Shown piece after piece: positions 55,642 to 62,750 of a DNA stretch of 64,000 bases. The DNA is from an uncultured Candidatus Saccharibacteria bacterium. GTDB taxonomy: Bacteria; Patescibacteriota; Saccharimonadia; Saccharimonadales; JAGQNJ01. Under the pieces are notes generated by a model. The model was not told the DNA's origin and searched no databases. It saw only the letters and a program-made list of their open reading frames with translations. The position numbers and the translations under genes were made by a program. The stretch is taken from positions 67,351 to 131,350 of the forward strand of contig CAZBPY010000002.1 in the NCBI GenBank assembly GCA_964493895.1, written 5' to 3'. Numbering within the stretch: the first letter of the stretch is position 1; each line of letters opens with the position of its first letter.

Positions 55642-55703
55642 TAATAATCTCCTCGTTATCGGGACATATAATGTTCTATAATATCATAGTCTATGAGTCA
55701 ATA

Positions 55704-56300
55704 TTAACGGCTGGTGATAACCTTGTCGACAAGACCGTAGTCTTTGGCTTCTTCGGCGGTCATCCAGCGGTCGCGCTCCATGTCATCATGGATTTTAGCC
55801 TTTTTCTGGCCGGTATTGTTGACCATAATATCTTCGATTAAGCCCTTGATACGCAAGGCCTCCTTGAGATCGATTTCTTGATCGGTAACTTTTCCGCGGG
55901 TGCCACTCGAAGGCTGATGTATCATGACGGTCGAATTCTTAAGCAAAAACCGCTTGCCCTTTGTGCCAGAACTTAGCAATATGGCCGCCGCACTGGCTTG
56001 AACACCAATGCCGACTGTTTCAATATCACACTTGACGAATTGCATGGTGTCATAAATCGCTAATGCGTCATAAACACTGCCGCCGGGGCTATTAATGTAG
56101 AGCTTGATGTCTTTTTTGGGGTCTTCAGCCTCTAAAAACAGTAGCTGGGCGACAATTAAGTTAGCAGTGTGTTCATCAACCGGCGTACCAAGAAAAATAA
56201 TGCGCTCTTTTAACAGACGTGAATAGATGTCATAAGCCCGCTCCATGCGGCCTTCAGTTTCAATAACTGTTGGAACAAGAATATTGGATGGTTTGCTCAT
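55704..56300 (-). CDS. clpP: ATP-dependent Clp protease proteolytic subunit
   Basis: The start is moved to ATG 56300 ([38 protein letters not shown]), 7 nt after TATAAT. Confidence 0.93.
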   Translation of the reverse strand: MSKPSNILVPTVIETEGRMERAYDIYSRLLKERIIFLGTPVDEHTANLIVAQLLFLEAEDPKKDIKLYINSPGGSVYDALAIYDTMQFVKCDIETVGIGVQASAAAILLSSGTKGKRFLLKNSTVMIHQPSSGTRGKVTDQEIDLKEALRIKGLIEDIMVNNTGQKKAKIHDDMERDRWMTAEEAKDYGLVDKVITSR

Positions 56301-56307
56301 GTTTAGC

Positions 56308-56336
56308 ATTATAAGCCACCAATTAGCACTCGTCAA
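56308..56336 (-). promoter_or_regulatory. clpP promoter (leaderless-type)
   Basis: TTGACG-17nt-TATAAT-7nt-ATG. The -35 sits in the CIRCE spacer. Confidence 0.5.
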
Positions 56337-56349
56337 GTGAGAGTGCTAA
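56323..56349. promoter_or_regulatory. CIRCE element (HrcA operator), perfect consensus
   Basis: TTAGCACTC-gtcaagtga-GAGTGCTAA equals the published consensus TTAGCACTC-N9-GAGTGCTAA with 0 mismatches. Confidence 0.85.
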
Positions 56350-56717
56350 TTATGAAGTCCGAATACCTGAGATTCTAGGTCTCGCGACTGGTTTTCCTGA
56401 CGATTTCGCTGCCACATATTAGCAAGTCGGGCTCCGGCCCAGAATGCACCCAGGAGCACGCCGCCGGCAACCCCTGCAGCGCCAAATGAGATCAGTTCTT
56501 CAGAGTAAACTGACCAATCAAATAATTGAACATCAGCTAGCATTTGTGGACCACCCTGTGGTAGATGAACCGTAACCTCCTCAACCCGGCCAGCCCACAA
56601 TGCGGCAGCCCCAAGCCCGCCAACAATCACTGCCGGCTTCCCGGTTATCCCATCAATTATTCGATTATTTTCTTCGTAGCGCTGGGGAATGGTTTGTTCT
56701 AATTGTTCAACTGCCAT
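56346..56717 (-). CDS. Gly/Ala-rich 2-TM membrane protein (P124) between tig and clpP
   Basis: ATG 56717 has AGGTGA SD. The hydrophobic segments are AVIVGGLGAAALWAG and FGAAGVAGGVLLGAFWAGA. Confidence 0.6.
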   Translation of the reverse strand: MAVEQLEQTIPQRYEENNRIIDGITGKPAVIVGGLGAAALWAGRVEEVTVHLPQGGPQMLADVQLFDWSVYSEELISFGAAGVAGGVLLGAFWAGARLANMWQRNRQENQSRDLESQVFGLHN

Positions 56718-56769
56718 CACTTCACCTGCCTTTCAACAAGCACAAATTACCATAAAAGAGTGCCGCTGT

Positions 56770-58053
56770 CTATTTTGTGGCGTATTCCACCAATTTCTGA
56801 ATGGTTTTTTCAGTCAGCATGCGGCTGGCAATGTCTCGTTGAGCCTCCGGCTTGTCCAGCTCGGCCTGCATAGCAGCATCCTGATACTGGCTCCTCAACA
56901 TTTGCATTCGCATCTCAAGTTCATCCGGGCTAACTTCCAGTCCTTCCTTATCAGCAATTTCAGCCAGCACCAGTCCAGCGCGTACCCGTTGTTCAGCTTC
57001 GGGGATTAGGATTTCTTGGCGATACTCTTCCTCTGTTTTATCTTCACGCTTTAGAAACTCCTCAAAGGTTAGACCGCGGTAAACCAGGTTTTGGCGCAGC
57101 TCATTCATCAGTCGCTCGACCTGATCGTTAATCATCACCTCTGGAACAGTCAGCTTACTCTTAGCCGCCACCTCTTTTATAACCTCACCTTCGAGGTTCT
57201 GCATAGCTTGGCTCTGTCGCTCTCGACTCAATTCGGCCTTGATATTGTCGCGCAGCTCCTTAACAGTCTTAAACGGTCCAGCCTGAGTTGCAAATTTATC
57301 ATCCACTTCGGGTAAGGTTTGCTCCTCGACTTTCTTAACCTTAACTGTGAAGGTAACTTTTGAACCGGCTAAAGCTTTGACCCCATAATCTTTGGGGAAG
57401 GTTAGGCTGAAGGTTTTCTCCTGGCCGGCTTTTACGCCAATCAGATTCTTTTCAAAGCCGGGTATAAACTGATCACTGCCCAGCACCAAGGGATAGTCCT
57501 TGCCCTCCGCGCCGTTGATAACTTTGCCGTCAGCGTCGACACCTTTGAAGTCAATCTCAACTTTGTCGCCGCTGGCCGCAGTTCGCTTTACGGATTTACT
57601 GCTCGCCAATCTCTGCTGCAGACTCCTGACCACATCATCTACATCTTTGTCCTTAACCGACACTTTAGGCAGTGTCTTCTTGATTTTCTTATAGTCTGCC
57701 AGCTTGATCTCACCAAGCACTTCAACTTCGGCGCTAAATTCCAAATTGGTAAACGGCACAAATTTTTTCAGTGTTACTTTCGGATTGTCTACCGGCCGCA
57801 ACTTTTCCTGATTCACAGCATCGGTGTACAGGTGATTGATGGCATCCTCGACGACATCAGCCTGCAATCGCTGCTGGTCAATATTTTTCTCGACTACGTT
57901 AAGCGGTGCTTTGCCTTCGCGAAAGCCCTGAACTTTGACCTCCTTGGCCAGTTTCTCTAGAACATGGTTTTTATACTCAGCCAGCTGGTCCTCGCCAGCA
58001 GTGATAGTCAGCTCAACCTTATTGTCAGATAGATTTTTCCGAGTTATATGCAT
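56770..58053 (-). CDS. tig: trigger factor
   Basis: 427-aa ORF with a three-domain trigger-factor layout, including an FKBP-like middle region (GDKVEIDFKGVDADGKVINGAEGKDYPLVLGSDQFIPGFE). Confidence 0.93.
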   Translation of the reverse strand: MHITRKNLSDNKVELTITAGEDQLAEYKNHVLEKLAKEVKVQGFREGKAPLNVVEKNIDQQRLQADVVEDAINHLYTDAVNQEKLRPVDNPKVTLKKFVPFTNLEFSAEVEVLGEIKLADYKKIKKTLPKVSVKDKDVDDVVRSLQQRLASSKSVKRTAASGDKVEIDFKGVDADGKVINGAEGKDYPLVLGSDQFIPGFEKNLIGVKAGQEKTFSLTFPKDYGVKALAGSKVTFTVKVKKVEEQTLPEVDDKFATQAGPFKTVKELRDNIKAELSRERQSQAMQNLEGEVIKEVAAKSKLTVPEVMINDQVERLMNELRQNLVYRGLTFEEFLKREDKTEEEYRQEILIPEAEQRVRAGLVLAEIADKEGLEVSPDELEMRMQMLRSQYQDAAMQAELDKPEAQRDIASRMLTEKTIQKLVEYATK

Positions 58054-58061
58054 AGGCGGCT

Positions 58062-58070
58062 ATTGTAACA
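58062..58070 (-). promoter_or_regulatory. extended -10 promoter TGtTACAAT 8 nt upstream of tig ATG (leaderless-type)
   Basis: Minus strand reads TGtTACAAT-agccgcct-ATG with no SD. Confidence 0.45.
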
Positions 58071-58114
58071 GAGTTCACCTCTGAAATCTAGTTGTTGCCA
58101 GCCGGGTGAGCGCC

Positions 58115-58813
58115 TTAGGTTACCAAAGATATGGCTACACCGGCGCTAAGACCAACTCCGGCTCCGACATTGCAAACTCGGTCTTGCCCACGTCTAATGG
58201 AGTCATAGATTGGTTCTTCTTGCTCGAGAACCTCTAGAGTATTGGCCAACGAGGGACTGTCTGGACTGGTTAAAGGCAGCTGCGATGTTCTAAACAATGC
58301 AACACGCTTACCAATAGAAGATGATGCTAGTGCGGTTAGATCTAGAACCAATCCACCTGCTACCATAACTTCGAACCCATTATCCAATATCGAATCGTGT
58401 TCACCGTGTTGACTAATTACAATACCAAGCCCAAATCTTGACATAATTCCTCCTAGGAACGGGGGGAAATGCCCGTCGACGACGCTTTGAGCCACGGTCA
58501 TCGCTTGAGACGCCCTATGCCTTCTTTCTTGAGCTAAAAAACTTGCAACCACTCCAGTTGAGCCATTGGCGGCATCTAGTATGCGTTCAACTGAGCTTGT
58601 ATATTCACTAGCATAATCCATCCGTGTTTCAGCTAATGACTCCCTCCTTTCTGACTGTCGATTGGCAAAGCGGGCCTTTGAAACCAAATCTATAGGTGAT
58701 CCGAAGTATGGCCTTAGGTCGTTTGTGTATCTTTCTCTAGGCTGCCAAAGGCCACGCTCGGTCTTGTATATCGCATCATTGATTTCAGGGCTGAGGCTAG
58801 CCGTTCTGAACAT
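58115..58813 (-). CDS. hypothetical protein (P232), Gly/Ala-rich hydrophobic C-terminus
   Basis: 232-aa ORF between hisS and tig. I recognise no family. Confidence 0.6.
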   Translation of the reverse strand: MFRTASLSPEINDAIYKTERGLWQPRERYTNDLRPYFGSPIDLVSKARFANRQSERRESLAETRMDYASEYTSSVERILDAANGSTGVVASFLAQERRHRASQAMTVAQSVVDGHFPPFLGGIMSRFGLGIVISQHGEHDSILDNGFEVMVAGGLVLDLTALASSSIGKRVALFRTSQLPLTSPDSPSLANTLEVLEQEEPIYDSIRRGQDRVCNVGAGVGLSAGVAISLVT

Positions 58814-58848
58814 ATAAAAATACTACTCCAACCCAGAAAGATATACAA

Positions 58849-60069
58849 TTACTGCAGAGGGATTAGCGACTGCTTGCCTGTCTCCAGATCCTTAACCTTC
58901 AATTGGCCCGACTTCAGTTCTTCTTCGCCAATCACAACCAATTTTTTGATGCCTTTTTTCTCGGCAGTTTTGATTTTCTTGTCCAGTTTTCGTCCCGAGA
59001 AATCTACAGCGACATTCTGGCCTTGGCTTCGAAGTTTTTGAGCTATTTCTTGAGCTCCCTCAGCGGCTTCACCAATAACAGCCACATATATATCAGTTTC
59101 CGTCTCAAGTTCCGCCAATAGTCCATTGCTCTTTAGAAAGTTGACTAATGTAGCATCGCCCATGCCAAAACCAACTGTCGCCACAGGTTCGACCCCAAAC
59201 TCACCGATCAAGCCATCATAGCGGCCGCCACCGAACATCGAACGATTGTTTTCCGGATTGGCGTCAAACACTTCAAACACGATATCTGTGTAGTACTCGA
59301 ACCCCCGAGCCAAATACCGATTAAAGCGCACATTCGTAACACCTTGTTGTTTTAGCTGCTCAATTACCGTTTGAGCCTCTTTCGGCACAGCCTCATCAGC
59401 CAGGAAGTCTAAAAGACGGGCGGCTTTGGCTCTCCCAAGTAAATCATCGAAGAGCTTTTCCCACTCATTCGATTCAACCTTTTCCTTCTTGTCGATTAAG
59501 CCCATAGCCCTTATGCGAGTTGCTTTATCCAGATCCATATCGTCGAAAACCTCTTCAAATAATTTTCGGCTGTTAATCTGGATCTCATATTGATCTGGTT
59601 TGGCCGCAAAAGCCCGCATGACGCTATCAGCCAGCAAAATTATCTCGACATCGCCTTCAATGCCTTCGATGCCAAACAAGTCAGCATTAAGCTGCCAAAA
59701 CTCTCGTGTCCGCCCACGCTGAGGCCGTTCATACCGAAAACAGTTTGGGATACTGAAAAGGCGCAGGGGATAACTAAGCTCTTGGCGCCGAGCCGCCACC
59801 ATCCGTGACACCGACGGCGTCATCTCTGGCCGCATGACTACTTTGCGACCGCCGCGATCGGTGAACGAATAGGTTTGCTCGTTAACGATTTCTTCAGATG
59901 TCTTGGCGGTGTAAAGCTCTAGTGGCTCTAAAACCGGGGCGTCATACTCCTCATACCCAAATGACTGACAAACACGGCGCCAAGTCTCAAAAATCCAATT
60001 GCGCAGGCGCATGTCTTCAGGATAGTAATCCCGAGTACCCTTATATGGTTGTGTTGAAAGTTTACTCAT
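58849..60069 (-). CDS. hisS: histidine--tRNA ligase
   Basis: 406-aa class II aaRS with RPEMTPSVSR, FGGGRYDGL and a C-terminal anticodon-binding domain. ATGA overlap with the upstream gene. Confidence 0.94.
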   Translation of the reverse strand: MSKLSTQPYKGTRDYYPEDMRLRNWIFETWRRVCQSFGYEEYDAPVLEPLELYTAKTSEEIVNEQTYSFTDRGGRKVVMRPEMTPSVSRMVAARRQELSYPLRLFSIPNCFRYERPQRGRTREFWQLNADLFGIEGIEGDVEIILLADSVMRAFAAKPDQYEIQINSRKLFEEVFDDMDLDKATRIRAMGLIDKKEKVESNEWEKLFDDLLGRAKAARLLDFLADEAVPKEAQTVIEQLKQQGVTNVRFNRYLARGFEYYTDIVFEVFDANPENNRSMFGGGRYDGLIGEFGVEPVATVGFGMGDATLVNFLKSNGLLAELETETDIYVAVIGEAAEGAQEIAQKLRSQGQNVAVDFSGRKLDKKIKTAEKKGIKKLVVIGEEELKSGQLKVKDLETGKQSLIPLQ

Positions 60070-60782
60070 TCAGTTCTTTCCTTTCTTAATAGTGTAGCGT
60101 AATACTCCGTTAATGTAGAGCCTATGAAAATCGGTACGATTTCTCCCTTGAGATTAGCCTGTTTTACATCCTCCTTTGAAAGAGGCTTGAACGGCTTCCA
60201 GGTCTGTGACCTAAATCTGGTCTTCTCATCCCATGTCACACGTCGAGCAAACCGATATATCTGCACTGTGGGCGTATTTGCTTTGATAGTGCCCTGCCTC
60301 ATAGACTTAATTTCTTCATACCAATATTCGGCATTGTCCAGCGGATCGCCAATGCTGATCTCCACCGACAAAGCGTTTGGACAATGTTTGTTGATGCAAT
60401 CATAGGTGGCTTCAATGCAGTCTGCCAGACCAAACTGTTTACAAACCTGGAATAGCAGAGGCTTGCATGCCACGCCCACAAACGCTGAATTATTGTTCGG
60501 CGTCAAAGTATTGTGGAAATCCAGCACCAAGTCATAGTCGTCACATAACCTTGCTAATCGTTGGGCTCGCTCGGATTCATAGCTACCTAAATTAGATTGG
60601 TTAAAACTTCGATTTAAGTCAGTTTCAACGAAGCGCCTATTAGCATGAACTGCCCGAGGATTGCCAATCACAGCATCAACACCCTTGATAGGCTGCTTTT
60701 TAAGGAGCTTGACTAGATCTACGCCAAGTCTTTCGTTGCCGTGCATGCCACCAATGACCAGGATGCGTTTCGGCATCATCAT
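60066..60782 (-). CDS. succinylglutamate desuccinylase/aspartoacylase (AstE/AspA, M14-like) family hydrolase
   Basis: 238-aa ORF with ILVIGGMHGNERLGV, NPRAVHANRRFVETDLNRSF and DFHNT, the zinc-ligand pattern of the family. Confidence 0.78.
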   Translation of the reverse strand: MMMPKRILVIGGMHGNERLGVDLVKLLKKQPIKGVDAVIGNPRAVHANRRFVETDLNRSFNQSNLGSYESERAQRLARLCDDYDLVLDFHNTLTPNNNSAFVGVACKPLLFQVCKQFGLADCIEATYDCINKHCPNALSVEISIGDPLDNAEYWYEEIKSMRQGTIKANTPTVQIYRFARRVTWDEKTRFRSQTWKPFKPLSKEDVKQANLKGEIVPIFIGSTLTEYYATLLRKERTE

Positions 60783-61498
60783 TATCGACCTCCGCCCGGC
60801 CTCACCACCAGCAATGTTCGTCTATCAGGGATGGTCGGCAGCTCGTAGCCATGATTTTTAAGCCTGTCGTTAACAATGCTCGTCCCGGCTCGCTGGCTAC
60901 CAATCCAAACACTGGTGGTGCTGCCTTTGTCACGCAGTGTCGAGGCCACGATGCCCTCGGCGAGCGTCCTAGTAGCTATAACAGTATCGCCACCATAAAA
61001 CTGACTAATCCGATCAAGCGTCTGCCCTCGGTCTCTTAAATTGCCGGTTGGAATGCGGTCTCGATTAGCAAACGTATCTTCGATCCAAGCAAACTCGGCT
61101 GGCAGTATTCCTTTAAGTACAGGAGCCATAGCAGGTTGGTCCTGATACTTGCGAGTCCAAAGCTCATCCGGATTGGTTGGTCTTACCAGTGTTGCTCTTT
61201 GCGGGTATTCTCCGTCAAAGGCCACTTCCAATAGTGCTCCTTGGCCGACAATTTGGCTACGCCAAGTGTCTACTAGTTTGGTCTCGCTATAGGCTTCACA
61301 AAGTGGCTGGCCACATTCAATACACATGCAACCTGGCTGGTCAGGTGTAAACTCGACTTGGCAATCACTATACCCACAGCGGCTAACTTCAAACCAGGGC
61401 GATCCTGCAAAAGCTACCTTATAGGTCTGGGCCAGTTCTGGTCCGATCGCATCAATTCTTTCGGCATTATTTGCCGAAATAAGTTCAATTCGGTTCAT
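60782..61498 (-). CDS. GNAT-like protein with inserted Cys-rich (zinc-ribbon-like) segment
   Basis: 238-aa ORF with a RimI-like N-terminal motif AFAGSPWFE, the insert CGYSDCQVEFTPDQPGCMCIECGQPLC, and a TAATG overlap with the AstE-like gene. The fold call is tentative. Confidence 0.55.
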   Translation of the reverse strand: MNRIELISANNAERIDAIGPELAQTYKVAFAGSPWFEVSRCGYSDCQVEFTPDQPGCMCIECGQPLCEAYSETKLVDTWRSQIVGQGALLEVAFDGEYPQRATLVRPTNPDELWTRKYQDQPAMAPVLKGILPAEFAWIEDTFANRDRIPTGNLRDRGQTLDRISQFYGGDTVIATRTLAEGIVASTLRDKGSTTSVWIGSQRAGTSIVNDRLKNHGYELPTIPDRRTLLVVRPGGGR

Positions 61499-61524
61499 TT
61501 CATTCTCCTAAAATTTAAGTAAGC

Positions 61525-61557
61525 AAAACAAAAGCGCCGGAGTGATCCTGGCGCTTT
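61525..61557 (-). terminator. rho-independent terminator/attenuator upstream of the GNAT-AstE-hisS operon
   Basis: Minus strand reads AAAGCGCC-N11-GGCGCTTT followed by TGTTTTG. It also looks terminator-like on the plus strand. Confidence 0.6.
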
Positions 61558-61583
61558 GTTTGTCTTTTTAGGACAAAAGGAAA

Positions 61584-61643
61584 CTAACCGATCACCTCCG
61601 GCAACAGATGTACATGGTGTTGGTTAGAGCGAAAATATTTCAT
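61584..61643 (-). CDS. 19-aa leader peptide MKYFRSNQHHVHLLPEVIG (His regulatory codons)
   Basis: The ATG lies 9 nt after TGtTATAAT. It has three His codons in four positions, and its 3' end forms the antiterminator arm. Confidence 0.5.
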   Translation of the reverse strand: MKYFRSNQHHVHLLPEVIG

Positions 61644-61652
61644 AGTCATTGT

Positions 61653-61681
61653 ATTATAACATACTCTGTCAATAGAGTCAA
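61653..61681 (-). promoter_or_regulatory. promoter of the hisS-operon leader
   Basis: TTGACT-17nt-TATAAT with TGt (extended -10). The -35 abuts the tRNA-Leu 3' end. Confidence 0.5.
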
Positions 61682-61766
61682 TGGTGCGGATGAAAGGACT
61701 CGAACCTTCACGCCCTGAGGCACTAGTTCCTAAGACTAGCGTGTCTACCAGTTCCACCACATCCGC
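61682..61766 (-). tRNA. trnL: tRNA-Leu (anticodon TAG), long variable arm
   Basis: The reverse complement is GCGGATGTGGTGGAACTGGTAGACACGCTAGTCTTAGGAACTAGTGCCTCAGGGCGTGAAGGTTCGAGTCCTTTCATCCGCACCA. Confidence 0.9.
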
Positions 61767-61811
61767 GTGCTTTGATTTTAACCTGTTTTCCCCTGGTTGC
61801 CTAGAGTTATT

Positions 61812-62195
61812 TTAGAAGTCCAACCGACTTTTCAGGCTAGTGATATTGCTGCTTAGGCGGCTGGTTTCCAATTCGACGCTATCCAGTCTGTCAAAGACGG
61901 TGTCAAAATGACCGCTAACCTCATTAAAGCCCATGCCAATTCTTTGTTCTAGGGCATCAAAACGCGGGTCAATCCGCTCAGTTATGATTTCGTCTACCAC
62001 TTTTCGCACCATAGCCGGTACTTTGTAGTCAAAGGCCTTATCCATGATTCCAGGGACTTTTCGATCGAGGGCTTCATCAATCATGGTCGGTACTTTTCGG
62101 TCAATCGCTTCATCAACCATAATGGGTACTTTTCTATCAAGGGCCTCGTCGACAACAGACTGGATGGCTTTAAGATCGGCTTTGGTTAGGCTCAT
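61812..62195 (-). CDS. hypothetical protein with four 12-aa DEAxDRKVP repeats and coiled-coil-like C-terminus (P134)
   Basis: The ORF-track start is TTG at 62216, and ATG 62195 (MSLTKADL) is the alternative. The start is uncertain. Confidence 0.6.
   Translation of the reverse strand: MSLTKADLKAIQSVVDEALDRKVPIMVDEAIDRKVPTMIDEALDRKVPGIMDKAFDYKVPAMVRKVVDEIITERIDPRFDALEQRIGMGFNEVSGHFDTVFDRLDSVELETSRLSSNITSLKSRLDF
62017..62160 (-). repeat. 4 tandem imperfect 36-bp in-frame repeats inside P134
   Basis: Units start at 62017, 62053, 62089 and 62125 (plus strand GGTACTTTTCGGTCAATCGCTTCATCAACCATAATG-like) and encode VDEALDRKVPIM-type units. Confidence 0.8.
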
Positions 62196-62219
62196 GCCCT
62201 TAAGTATACGCTGCAAATA

Positions 62220-62750
62220 TTAAATAGTTCTGAAAAAAATTAGCTTTATATCGCCGTAATCATTAACTTTTATCAAATCTAGCCCATCGAACGACGGTGG
62301 TTCTTCCGAGCCTGGCCACGATAGCACAAAGGTGCCGCTGGCTCGCACATGACGAACCAACTTCTTAAGAATATTGGGGCGGATATCGTTATAGGGCGGA
62401 TCGGCTATGACCACATCAAATTCTAGTTCTGAATTATTATCCGACCAGGTGCTAACGTTGGCCCTGGTGGCTTTAACTTGCTCTTCGAGGCCAAGTATCT
62501 CGATGTTGCGTTTGATAGTTCGGTAAGCCAGAACCGATTTCTCTACTGTGGTAGCCTGATTGGCACCACGGCTGACGGCTTCAAAAGCCAAAGCTCCGCT
62601 GCCACCGTAGGCGTCCAAAACAGTCAAATCGGTCATGTCACCTAAAGTATTAAACAATGCACCGCGGGCCTTTTCACTCATAGGGTGTGACCTATGGCCA
62701 GACGGACTCTTGAACTGACGGCCGCGCAAGCGGCCCGCAATGATTCTCAT
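62220..62750 (-). CDS. rsmD: 16S rRNA (guanine966-N2)-methyltransferase RsmD
   Basis: The start is moved to ATG 62750 (MRIIAGRLRGRQFKSP), an ATGA overlap with the upstream stop. Motifs: LDAYGGSGALAFEAVSRGA and DPPYN. Confidence 0.85.
   Translation of the reverse strand: MRIIAGRLRGRQFKSPSGHRSHPMSEKARGALFNTLGDMTDLTVLDAYGGSGALAFEAVSRGANQATTVEKSVLAYRTIKRNIEILGLEEQVKATRANVSTWSDNNSELEFDVVIADPPYNDIRPNILKKLVRHVRASGTFVLSWPGSEEPPSFDGLDLIKVNDYGDIKLIFFRTI

Noticed and set aside
61589-61602. Very strong SD-like GGAGGTGATC as a ribosome-binding site for an unlisted gene
   Set aside because: No start codon or ORF follows (TAG comes within 6 nt). It lies inside the His leader ORF and serves as the antiterminator arm. 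A role in ribosome pausing is conceivable but unsupported.
62017-62160. Possible CRISPR array (36-bp repeats)
   Set aside because: The repeats are directly tandem with no spacers, in frame, and encode a repeated peptide within an ORF.
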